This document shows, piece after piece, positions 52,375-64,000 of a stretch of DNA of 64,000 nt; position 1 is the stretch's first letter, and every line of letters begins with the position of its first letter. Position numbers and translations under genes: made by a program. The notes below the pieces were generated by a model. That model did not search any database. It saw only the letters and a list, made by a program, of their open reading frames with translations, and had not been told where the DNA came from. The stretch covers positions 41,108,001 to 41,172,000 of the forward strand of contig CM052816.1 of the NCBI GenBank assembly GCA_028534125.1, written 5' to 3'. Origin of the DNA: Lama glama. Lineage: Eukaryota.

Positions 52375-54560
52375 TATTTTTAAAAGAAATAAAATAACTG
52401 CAGAAGGGATGAAATCATCACCATTTTCAGATGAAATGATTTTATATATGGCCAATCTAAAAGAACCATCTGAGAAACTGGAAGAGTTCTATAGAAGGAC
52501 TAGATACAGAAAGCAGCTGTTAGAAAATAGACACAACAAATGTCAAACACAAAAGCAACATTAAATATCTACCAATAAAATTAAGAATGTATGAAAAACT
52601 TAAAATTTTATAAATACTTGAGTAACTGGAAAGTTTTCTTGAGTAGAAAGACTCAGTACTGCATGTCATATTTGAATTTCCCAAAAAATTATATCACAAA
52701 TTATAAGCTCAGTCAAAACACCATTTTGGTCAAAACATGATGAAGAATTTGATAATCTAAGAGAAATCAGCAAATTTAGTCAACAAAAGCCTAAATACAT
52801 ACAATTTAGGAGGAAACAAGTTTAATTAGCAATAAAATGTATCACTGAATTCAAGTAAGTACAGTAATATGTATGGCATGGCATGGAATTGAGAGATGCA
52901 TGGACCAAAATAGAAAGCCCAAATAGATTCAAGACTTATAGAAATTGAGTATATGATAAAGATGGAAATTATGACTGGATAAAGAAGATGTGATTTATTT
53001 ATACAATGGAATACTACTCAGCCATCAAAACCAACAACATAACGCCATTTGCAGCAACATGAATGTTCCTGGAGAATGTCATTCTAAGTGAAGTAAGCCA
53101 GAAGGAGAAAGAAAAATACCATATGAGATCGCTCATATGTGGAATCTAAAAAACAAAAACAAAAACAAAAACAAACAAAACAAACAAAAAAAAGTGTAAA
53201 TACAGGACAGAAATAGACTCATTAGACATAGAATACAGACTTGTGGTTGCCAGAGGGGTGGTGGGTGGGAAGGGATAGACTGGGATTTCAAAATTGTAGA
53301 ATAGATAAACAAGATTACACTGTATAGCACAGGGAATCACAGAGGAAAAAATGTGATGAGTGTGTATATGTCCATGTATGACTGAAAAATTGTGCTGAAC
53401 ACTAGAATTTGACACATTGTAAAATGATTATAAATCAATAAAAAATGTTTTAAAAAAAGATGGGAATTGAATGAGAAAAAAATGTAAAAATTACTATAGA
53501 CAACTCACAAGAGAAAGCTGATTTTTTCTACCTTATTTCTTAATTTTAAAAATTAAAAGATAAAAATTAAATTATTATCATAAAATAATGTGAAAGTACT
53601 AAAAGAAAAAATATGTAGTTATAAAAAGTGTTTCTGGAGTCAAGAGTTACCTTCTAAGAAGGCACAAATCTCAGTCATAAGAGAAGGCTCCGATGCATTT
53701 ATTTCCCCAATGTTTTATCTTATATGGGGTTTAAGTCCTAGAGAAAGCTCATTTATTTATTCACTGAATAAGTATGTTTGGAACACACAGTGTGTTTCAG
53801 GTACATTCTCAACATAAGAGATATAGCAGTGAACGTATCAGACAAAATCTTCTACCTGGTGTAGCTTCTCAATGAGTAGAAATAAACAAACAAATAAGTC
53901 GACATATCATGCCAGATGGTAATAAGTGCTATGAGAGAAAGTTAAGCAGGAAAAAAAGGGAAATAATAAATATTTGTTGAATAAATGAAGGAGACTAAGA
54001 GTATGCAGTATTATCAAGGGTTTGGAGAAAATGTATTTCCATATACTATTGGTGAGAGTATTCATTGGTACCATCTTTAGGATAGGAATTTACCCTTTGA
54101 CTCAGTAATTCTGCTTTGAGATATTTACCCTACTTACCCAACCCTATTTGAGCATAACTCAGATATATGTATACAAGATTATTTTTACAGCATTATTTGT
54201 GTAAGAGAAGTGGGGAAGACCTGTAAACAACTTTAATGTTTCTCAGAGGCAATTGGTTAAATAAAATAAGAACATCCTTAGAAAGAGCAACTATATACAT
54301 CTGTTAAAAATAAAGTAGATTTGTTATGGTAATCTGGAAAACTCTCCTAGATATAAAGCAAATAATAGAACAGTTTGTCTATATTATCCCACTGGTATAA
54401 AACAAGATATGTTTGTGTATATGCTTGAAAACATTCTGCAAGGATACAGAAAGTTACTTCTGGGGAGTAGGATGGATGTCTTGAGAGTAAGACAGACTCA
54501 TTTTTCTTTGTACTGCCTAAAAATTTAACTATGTACACTGTTATTTTCATAGAATAAAAA
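52375..54560 (+). mobile_element. Old L1ME-like ORF2/3'UTR relic, interrupted by a younger L1 and an L2 piece (~53750-53990)
   Basis: catcaccattttcagatgaaatgattttatatatg...agaaagactcagtact...gagtatatgataaagatgg continues after the insert (catatactattggtgagagt...cctttgactcagtaattctgcttt). Confidence 0.6.
52971..53458 (+). mobile_element. Younger 5'-truncated L1 3' end with TSD
   Basis: atgactggataaagaagatgtg...gccatttgcagcaacatg...ctaagtgaagtaagccagaaggagaaagaaaaataccat...aataaa plus A tail. TSD aaagatggaaatt (52958-52970) / aaagatgggaatt (53456-53468). Confidence 0.93.
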
Positions 54561-54826
54561 ATGTTTAACCACTAAGACAAACATTGTTCATTTTGTGCAA
54601 AAAGCTGAAATGCCCTCATGACAATATTGCATTAGTGATCAAAATAAATACTGAATTTGTCCTACAAGGATGGCCAAGACAAATAAATTACGCCAACAAA
54701 TCCTCTATGGGTTCTAAATTATATTGGCTGGATGACTATAGCAATCACATTAAAAGCCTAATTAGCAAATTGCTATCTCAAACTGTGATTAAAAAAAAAA
54801 AGATGATGACAGACTACATTACAAAC

Positions 54827-55468
54827 TGTCTTAGTCCATTTGAGCTGCTATAACAAACTACCATCAACTACATGGCTTATAAACAACGGAAATTTATCTC
54901 AGGTCTGAAGGCTGGTAAGTCCAAGATCAAGGTGCCAGGAGATTCAGTGTCTGGTGAGGACTTGCTTCCTTGTTCACAGATGGCGAACTTCTAGCTGTGT
55001 CCTCACATGGCATAAGGGGCAAGGGAGGTCTCTGGGGGTTTCTATTGTACTGCACTCTGTTTTCTGGTATCCGTAAGCCCTCCTGAGTGCTGGGATGTCC
55101 CTTCCTTTGGACAGGTGGGTTACTGCATCCTGAACTTCTAGTAACAGGCTGGAGACCTGCTATAAAAGTGAAGATTGCTAGAATCTGACTCTCCCTTTTT
55201 ACATAATTCTGCTCCTTCAGGCAGATTCTGTTCCCACCCACCCTAGCCTTTTACATCCACCTAAATTGTGCTTGAGATCACCACACTCTGGCAAGTTTTC
55301 TTGTGAATCTTACATGGGCACTAATGTCATTCATAAGGGCTCCACCCTAATGGCCTAATCATTTCCCAATGACTCCACCTCCAAATACCATGACATTGGG
55401 CATTAGGATCTAAAATATGAATCATTTGGGGGAAGGGGCAGGAGCACATAAACTTTCAATCTAAAACA
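54827..55468 (-). mobile_element. MaLR LTR (MLT1A/MLT1A0-like), split by a ~270-bp foreign insert
   Basis: tgtcttagtccatttgagctgctataacaaa...aagtccaagatcaaggtgcc...gtgtcctcacatgg...ggaggtctctggggg, then the insert, then gggcactaatgtcattcataagggctccaccctaatggcctaatca...tatgaatcatttggggg. Confidence 0.9.
55039..55293 (-). repeat. Inverted duplicate of 56915-57175 (inserted copy)
   Basis: Colinear reverse-complement match, about 84% identity by manual count. A 37-bp block is identical: 55163-55199 vs 57013-57049. Confidence 0.95.
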
Positions 55469-56914
55469 AACAGTATCATCTAACTTATACAACAGTTATA
55501 TGTTGTATACATTGTATACATGATACATAACATAGTTACATGTCCGGAAAATACATCTTATGTTGTATTTGTTTAGGAATCTATTACATTAGCATACTTT
55601 ACAACTTGTCATTCATTCATTATTCAACAATTGGGAACTACTATGGATCTCATGTGCCCTAAATTTTATAGCTCTGTTTGGTAGATTCTCACCATAAGGC
55701 TATATTCACTCAGCTATTATCAATTCTTGCCCCAGTATGCAACTGCTGTGGTAGTGAGAAAGCAATTCCCCTAAAATGACATGGTTCACTATATATTGTG
55801 ATGTAAATGGACCCACAAAACAAATGCTCTAAAATTGCCTGGACAAAATGGATTTTTCCAAAGCTGTACTACAAGCTGATTAATAATGAGAAATTTCACT
55901 GACTTAGCATCAGATAGAGCTGACCCTTTTCTACAGTAATATGGCACAGCAGAAGTTAATTTTACTAGAGGTCGTAATAAAGCCTATATGACAAAAAAAA
56001 AGCGCTATATGACAAAGCATCAACTATTTTTCACCTAGAGCATAAGTGATTTCTGATAAAGCAAAGTACACCTCACATGTGTTCTCCTTACTCAGGAGAA
56101 GCAATTACTTAAATTTTGATGATTGCTCAAGAAAGGTTATCTGATCATTTGAAGATGCCCATCAAGAACCTTAGATTAAAAAAAAGGTAAAGAATACATA
56201 AGGGATTTTAGCATCTTATGAATGAACCTCATTTAAAGATAATTTTTTTCAAATGAAATTTTTACAGACCGATCGTTTCTACAGAAATTGCTCAACAAGC
56301 ATATGAAGAATGATCATTGCCATGAACTGAAACATTCCTATTTGATAAAAAAAATAGAATAAAACAATGGTATTATGTCAATTCACCATAGAAAATTTTT
56401 AATAATTAAAACTCAGAGAGACACAAACAATAGATTTATGTATGTCAGGAAACCTGTCACCCAAGGTAAATGATGCCTCATATAAAAACTGATGGATAAC
56501 TTTCACTTAATTCTTCACACTTGCATATAATATAAAAAATGATTTCTTAATAGGATAGACAAATCCTAGAAGACTTTGTATAGCTTGAAACAGCTGACAA
56601 TTTTTAGCTGCTACTCTTTGCTCAGAACCAACCCCTTTTCTCAGATTTATAAATATGTTTCTTTTATTTATTTATACATGTATACCTCTGCAGTTTATAT
56701 ATTTAGTATTTCTCAGCAGGACACTTAAAAATTCTTACTTAGAATCATGCACAGACACCACTGTACAATCAAATACACAGTTAGCAGTGCCCACTGTCTT
56801 CAGTGTGAGGCTCACTGGGGCCCCAGGATCCTAGGAGAAAACAGCAGCTGGGCCTGGGAAAGGCACTTCCAGGAATGGCTCACAGGGCAGATACCTGGGA
56901 CATCCCAGGCAGAA

Positions 56915-57175
56915 TGCCAGAGTGTGGCCACCTCAAGCCCAACTGAGGCAGATGGATGTAAGAGGCTGGGGTGGGTGGGAACATCGTCTGCTGGAAATAG
57001 CAGAATTAGGTGAAAAGGGAGAGTCAGATTCTAGCAATCTTCACTTTTACAGCAAGTCTCTAGCCTGTTACCATTAGTTCAGGATGCACTGACCCATCCC
57101 TCCAAAGGAAGGGACTTCCCAGCACTCAGGAGGGCTTAAGGATGCCAGAAAAGTAGAGAGCAATACAAAAAAGAA
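56915..57175 (+). repeat. Presumed donor copy of the inverted duplication
   Basis: tgccagagtgtgg...aaaagggagagtcagattctagcaatcttcactttta...tcccagcactcaggagggctta...caatacaa is the reverse complement of 55039-55293. Confidence 0.95.
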
Positions 57176-60100
57176 TGTCAGTGGTCATCAGAAAGTGAAG
57201 TACTTATGCAGATCATTGAAAAGACTTCCATATGAGGTTTAAGGCTTTGTCCCACACCTTGATCTTTTCAGCTTATCAAAACCAATGTGGGGAGATAGGG
57301 ATTGCTACAACCATGGGGCTCCTGGGGCTGGCGGGGCCCCCAAACACACACACCATCTCAAACACCAGATCTGGCTGGCAACACAATATGACTCCCAGTC
57401 CCGGCAAACAGTGGTGCAGAGAGTGCACTGGGCAGGATGGAGACTAGATCTGGGTTAGGACCATTCACTGATACTGCCTTGGGAATTACATTTCTTGTCC
57501 CCCTTTCAAATGAGAAAGCAGCTGGGAAAGACAAGGGTTCAGGAGCTGAAGAAACTGCAAAGTCTTCACTGCTTAAAGACTCAAGTCCAAGCCTTTTGGT
57601 CTAGCATCCAGGGCCTGACCAAATGTGGCTTCCATTCATCTTTTCAAAATTATCTTCTTAAGCCAATCAATTTTTCTCACCTTCCAATCTAACCAGATAA
57701 ATTTTATGGCATACCTCCTTTGCATCTTAGTATCTTCTGTGATTTTTTTCCTAATATTTTTTCTTGTCTGAAATGTCCTCCTACCCAAGTGTTCAAAACC
57801 AATCTGTCTCTGCTCACAATGATCCACTATTCTGACAAGTTGCATTGAGCATCACTTTAGGAAATAAGTTTTTTTTTTATACACTATGTACCTCACTTTC
57901 TATATGGTATAATTTTTTAAAAAAATTTAATTTCTTATCCCCCTTTCAAGTCTGTATCATTTTGAAGAAAGATTTCTTAATTATTATTTATATATGTCTC
58001 ATAGTGCTTCACATACCACTTCACAAAGATACACCTTTTTAACAAATGGTTATTAAATCAATATTTTTCAACCTTACACTATTAAGAATCTAATCATGTT
58101 AAACCGGTCTGAAACAGACAGCACAGGCAATTCACTTCTGACCACCCTAATTATGGAATGCACTATAGTTTCCATATTATATAGCATGAATGTAACAACT
58201 CCTTTTTCTTAAAAGACTCAAATTAACCCACTAACATTTTCACTTTCTTTGAGCACTTAACTGGAATATTAACCAAAGTACTAAGTACACAAGATTTTAA
58301 TTCAACACTGTCTCAGCCCTTTTCTGTTAACATATCATTAATGCTTCCATAAGCAAATGCTAAAAGTGACTAGTGGTTAGGTAATTGAGTAATGGGTAAC
58401 AGGGCAGTTGAGTTTAGAAGTCACATCTGAGCAAATCAATATTCATGAAAAGCACCAGGACAAGTGAATTTATCTGGAGTCATCGTGCAGTAAACATATC
58501 TTCCTCGTATTTTGGGAAGTCCACTAAAAACACAGAATAGTCCTTCAAGATGCAGAAGATGTCAATAGTCCTCAGAGATTAGGTGAAGCGACATTGTAAA
58601 GGGTGGTAAATTCTAGACTTTCAGAATTTTTTTACATTTGTGTGCCATGTTTTTGTGCATTTTGATATTCCTTCAAGTGTGTATTTCTCCCTGTGGAGAA
58701 CAGATCCTCCCAAGCCTTTAAAAATGACTTAATCCTTAATACCAAAAGTCCAGCAGTCTTGAGTAGTTCTGCAACACCAACCACGGCATATGGTCAAGAT
58801 GGAAGGTGCTGCAGTGAGGAATGCTGGAGAGGCTATATTTGGCGTGGAGGGATGCTATCGAGTGAGGATCGTTGTCAATGATGAGTTAGTAACATCTCTT
58901 TTCAATTGTCCATTTTGCTCTCAGGTGTTTTTTTTTTTTTTCCTCAAAGTAAGGGATGTCTCCGCAAGTTAAACAGTAACAACTCTGATTTTACAGTGGA
59001 TCATAGATCAAAACTTAGATTGTTAACATCCAGATTTAGCAGCTACAACAGTAATGGGAATTGCCTTTGTTGCCTTGGAACCCTATTTAAATGACAATTT
59101 ATAAGGGCATTTGGGGCATATAAATTCTGGGAAGTTATACACACTGACTGAACAGCATCAGTCTGACCCATGAAAAGACTGCTTCAGTCCTGGGAGGACT
59201 GAAGCCATCTGATTATCTTTAAAACACAGCAGACCTGTTCCCAGCCTCCAATAACTTCCAGGCAATCCCTGGAAAACACAACACGAATCAGAGCAGGGTG
59301 CTGATGCTTTAGGTATGCATTATTCAGCAGCACCATGGACAAGAGGATTTTATTTAAGAGTGATCACATCCATCACGTCAGGGTGGAAAGGAGTCTGACT
59401 TTTTCACAACTAATTTTGGCTGGAAATTTTAAGCCTCTTTCAAAAATAAGAGAATGAGGAAACTGTCATTACATCATGGAACACAATTATGGCAATCACC
59501 AATGGGCAGGGCTGTTACCCAAAGAATATTCTGTCACTGGTGAACTGAAAATGTCTTAAGAATTTTAAGAACTGCAGTTTAAGAACTGCACTTACTATTC
59601 TTCAGAAGCCATACACACTGCAGGAAGATCGCACACCTCTGGTCTCTTGGTTATTTATTTCAAAATTATTTATCCTGCCCATATCCATCTGCTTTCTGCA
59701 TCCTGTATAAAGAATTGTAACAATAATTTCTGCCATTAAGGATACCACTGAAAAGAAAATTCCTAGTACAATACAATTATCTTAGAAGGTACAGAAAGAG
59801 AGGAATTGAGATAAAGAATAGAAACACATTTTTTTTTCCAAGAAAGTTCCCAATAAGTAAACACAGAAATGGGGCAGTGACTATGAAGGGAGGTGAAATC
59901 AAGAGTTTTGAAGACTTAAGAGATTATATAATGATATGAATGATCCAACTAAGAAAGAACATTTGATGATGCAGAGAAAAATGGGGAGAATTTTTGGAAC
60001 AATATTCTTAAGTGTGCAAGACAGCATGGGCTCTGGAGAACAAGTGGGGAAGTTGGCCTTAGGTGTAGAAAGACAACCGACCCACAGTGATAGGAAGTAG

Positions 60101-60236
60101 GAAGAAAATACTGGCACAACACAAAAGGTAGACAGAAAATGCAGTGGCAACCTACAGAGGTTTTGAAGGTCATCAGGTGAGAGTGAGAATGGATAAAAGG
60201 GAGTTCTAGAAAGTTCTCTGGAGGAGAAGAAAGGGT

Positions 60237-60765
60237 ATGGGAGACAGCCTCTAAGGTATCTGTCAAAGATCTCTGCTTCCTGTTATTCACGTGTTTGTGT
60301 AATCCCCTTCCCTTCAATGTGAGCTGGTCCTAGTGACTCACTTCTACTGAATGGAACATGGCAAAAGTGAAGGAATTCACTCTGAAATTAGGTTATAAAG
60401 ACTGATTTTCATCATTCCCACTCAGCTCTTACTCTGCTGGAGAACCAAGCTGCCAAATGACAAGCTGCCCTTGAAATGTTCACATGGAAAGGCACCGTTG
60501 TCTCTCCCCAGCAGCCAGTGAGGACCTGAATCTGGCTAACAGTAGTGTAAGTGTGCTTAAAAATAGACCCTTCCCAACTGAAGCCTCAGAAGACGGGAGC
60601 TCTGACCAACACCTTGCCTGTAGTTTTGTGATCAAGACTTCTAGCCAGAGGCATCCAGCTGAAGGACACCCAGATTTCTGAGCATCAAAACCTATGATAT
60701 CATCAATTTGTGTTGCTTTGAACAGTTTTACAGTGAGATTACTTTGGGGTTGCATTGATAATGGC
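60237..60765 (+). mobile_element. MaLR LTR (MLT1F-like)
   Basis: tgtgtaatccccttccctt...cctagtgactcacttcta...ggcaaaagtgaagg...attaggttataaagactg...cagcagccagtgaggacctgaatc...ccagaggcatccagct. Confidence 0.8.
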
Positions 60766-61324
60766 AAGGCCTGCATTTGACCACAGAGGTCAGTGGCTGG
60801 GACATGGTAAAGGACAGGTGATGAAAAGAGGACAGGGGTAGGGGGTGATGTGCTCTGATGATGTAAGAATACAAACTGCATTTTCCAGGAATCTGGATGA
60901 TATTCAGTACCCAAAATACCAAGTGAGGAATTTTACTGAATAAATGAACCATTCTTCAAAAACATTATCACTGGGTCATTCGAAACAAAAATATTGAGGA
61001 GTTTTCAATCCATCCCATTTCCTCTAGGAAAGCCTCCTTTAAAATGTTCAGATTGGACATAATTACTCTTACTTAGCACGTCGTACTTCCCTGGCCAGAA
61101 GACTCACCACGCTGTTAGGTGGCTGTGGTGCTGTCTGAGCCCTCTCAGCAGACTCTAAGTATGAATACTGCAAAGGCCATGTGTGTTGCATTCCAGCTGT
61201 ACTATACCCAGTACTAGCCAGTGCTTGCAAAGCACTCATAGTAGGGGCTTCATAAACATTGTCAAATAAAGAAAAAGAAAGGCGGTTTGGTTTGGTAAAC
61301 CATTTTAAAGACATTCACCATGAG

Positions 61325-61540
61325 AGAGACCTAGGTCAGGCACTATTCTAAGACCTCTGAACATAGCAATTCACTTAATTCTCACAAGCCCCCTTTGAAA
61401 TGAGTATCATTGCTGTTCCCATTATTGTAGATTAAGAAACCGTGAGGTGGAAATGCCCATCCAACATTACATAGTAAGGAACTGGAAGAGTCAGCATTCA
61501 AATCTAGGCAGTCGGACTGAATTTATCTTACACAGCCACT
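61325..61540 (-). mobile_element. MIR relic
   Basis: caggcactattctaag...tcacttaattctcacaagccc...cccattattgtagattaagaaacc...gcattcaaatctaggcagtcggact. Confidence 0.75.
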
Positions 61541-64000
61541 TTCTAAGGTAAAAACATGACAGTGAAAAAGACTTCTCGGACCTGGTCCAACACATACCAT
61601 TTTGAGTCCATTAGAAAACAAAACTGTTATTAAAAGTAAGAAAATGAAAAAGAGATAGTAGAAACATTTCACTGGTTTCAGTGTTTCAACTACCAGTGAT
61701 AAGGATTTATGTAGTGATGTGTGAAGAGGTCAAAGAGTGAATAAAAATATCAACAATTCTGGCATCATCGATCACTGAAAAATGAGTCAGCAAGCTTGAG
61801 GCAATCTCTGCCAATATTTCTAAAGTCGATCATTTAAACTAGATGGGGACCATAAATGAACTGGATACTTGACTACCCTTGAACAGTATTCTGAAGCAGA
61901 TGAGGCTCAGATGAAATAAAAGCTGGTTCCATTTATCATCAAATAGAAAGATGATCAATCTAAAATATAATTTACATTAGATTATTACAAAAAACTGAAT
62001 TAAGCTTAATATTTTTAAATGCAACATTTTAATCATCCTTTAAAACTGCCAGAAATGCCTTTAAACAGAGTATCTGCAACTCATCTGAAAGGTATAACAT
62101 AAATTCAAGTTCTTTTTATGTCCTGTAAATAGCACTTAATTATCTTCTTATCTTATCCTCACATTAGCATCCAAGGTTTCATGGAGACTTGGAATTACTT
62201 AATAATGTAAAAATGGAATGGTTTATATTATTCAAATTTCTCTCCCCTTTCTGGGAGTCCAAGAGGAATGTGAGAGACAAGGTTATTAGTGATTGTGTTG
62301 TCATTAAGATGTCTGGCCTGCTATTCTACAAGATCTTCATTTAAGAGATTAGAGGGAACTTGTATAACAAAGTAGTTTGAAAACACTTAACATTGATGGA
62401 GACATATGAACACACACACAAGGGAGAAGGTGAAAAATGTAGATGAGCTTTCAGGATTGGGAGTATTTTGTACAAAAAATATCCGGTTATGCCATTATTA
62501 AGCTGCTTTACTACAGCACTAAAATAGTAATTTATGTATTCAAATTCATGGGTAAAGACCTGGGCTACCCGCAGTAAATTATAGAAGTAAAGTAGCAAGC
62601 TTCTGGAATATTATTAGAATTCTGAATTCTGGGAAAAGCATAATGCTTTACTCAAAGAGCACATCAATAGAAGAGCAAATACTAAAAAGTAGTAATGAAA
62701 GAAGAATTTTATAACACATTCCAAAATAATAACTGTATTATTATGCATGGCAGTTGAGAAGTATTTTAATAATGATGTTAAGAAAGATGGAAGATTTCAA
62801 TTCAAGTACACCTGATTTAAGCCTAGATGTAGATAACATTTTCAGTTTCGAATGTGTGTTGGAAAGGTTTTGTTTACCAGTTGGTCCCTTGAATATTTTG
62901 GTGTTTTCCTCAGCAGCCTTGGCATAACATATAAGCATTTCCCCTTGTCATTTTTGTCTGAGAGAGCAAAAGATAAATAAAGTGATGGTACGGATGACAG
63001 AGCAAGGTTTCTTGTACAAGTGTGTGCGTTTGTATGTATGTGTGTATATATATGGATTATACTCATATTGATACCTATATATATGTATATATACACGTAC
63101 TTGTTATAAAAGCTCTAATATACGTGTACAACTATAAACAAGTAATTCAATTAGAAGCAGAAACTTTAGGTAAATGGATGAAAAAACTGGAGGATAAATA
63201 TGTGAAGTAAAAACAGGTTTGAGGGTACGTTACCGGCAGAAAAAGATGATGAGTTACACAACTGTATCTGGTCGGGAGACGAGAGCATTAGAGTACCACA
63301 GCCATGCTGACATCTTGGAATCATCTTCTTTTGTGGCTCACAGTGGAAAACAAAACAGTGAATTTTTTGTTTTCTATGTTCAACAGCTTGGGCCCTACTC
63401 TCAACCTACCAAATCAGGATTCCCAGGGTGGGACTGAGAGCGCTGAGACGTGCAGTTGTGATTTAGGGTCTGATGGAATGCAGCCTCCTGATTTTACACC
63501 TTGGAATTGAAATTTACTTTAAGTATTGCCAAAAAAATTTACTCAATAAAAAAAGAAAATTTCAAAAGTACTCCAATCATTGCTTAAAAGATATTGTCAT
63601 TTAAATGTTACTGTCCTATCAGGTCACCATTATGCTGCGTGTTAAATATCTTCATATTCAACTGAGAAAACTCAACTCAGAAAATGTCAAGGCGATGTAT
63701 AATATCTCCATTGTTATCAAAACTCTATTAAAAGGGATACACATGATGGATAGGAAGGGAAGTGTGATGTAATCAGTTTTCTTCCTATGGCAGGATCTGC
63801 AAGCAGGCTCTTCTTTGGCTTACTATTTATCATTCTAACTCCAGACTGGATGCTGATCTTATTTCATAACTTTCCCAATTTTCAAAACACTGTGAACCTC
63901 TATTTTTCTCCAAAATTAAATTCTGACATCCTTGGCAAGATGACAATTATTTCATTGCCCCTTTTCTTTTTGTTTATTTATGTTACCCCATTACATAATG

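Noticed and set aside
58693..58972. Coding-looking patch with overlapping short ORFs
   Set aside because: No recognisable peptide on either strand and no convincing splice signals.
60480..60914. 144-aa minus-strand ORF
   Set aside because: It largely overlaps the MLT1F-like LTR and is not a gene.
1..64000. Prokaryote-type systems (CRISPR arrays, operons, defence islands) or a CpG-island promoter
   Set aside because: The sequence is mammalian repeat-rich DNA with no regularly spaced repeats, dense ORFs or CpG island.

Overview
AT-rich, CpG-depleted mammalian genomic DNA, most likely camelid (alpaca/llama/camel), inferred from five copies of a tRNA-derived SINE resembling the camelid vic-1 family. 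I recognise no intact protein-coding gene, so the window looks intronic or intergenic. Most listed ORFs are chance ORFs or repeat-derived. Supported content: a full-length processed RPL19 pseudogene (- strand, ~44.8-45.5 kb); an internal alpha-tubulin fragment sitting inside the 5' region of an old L1 (~36.85-37.33 kb); L1 fragments of several ages; L2 and MIR relics; hAT relics (MER20, MER5); and several LTRs (LTR41-, MLT1A-, MLT1F-, MLT2-, LTR16- and ERV1-like). The most striking unexplained structure is a ~250-bp inverted copy of nearby sequence (56915-57175) inserted inside an MLT1A-type LTR (55039-55293). I found no convincing new biological system. Repeat subfamily names are recalled from consensus sequences, boundaries are approximate, and both need RepeatMasker/Dfam confirmation.
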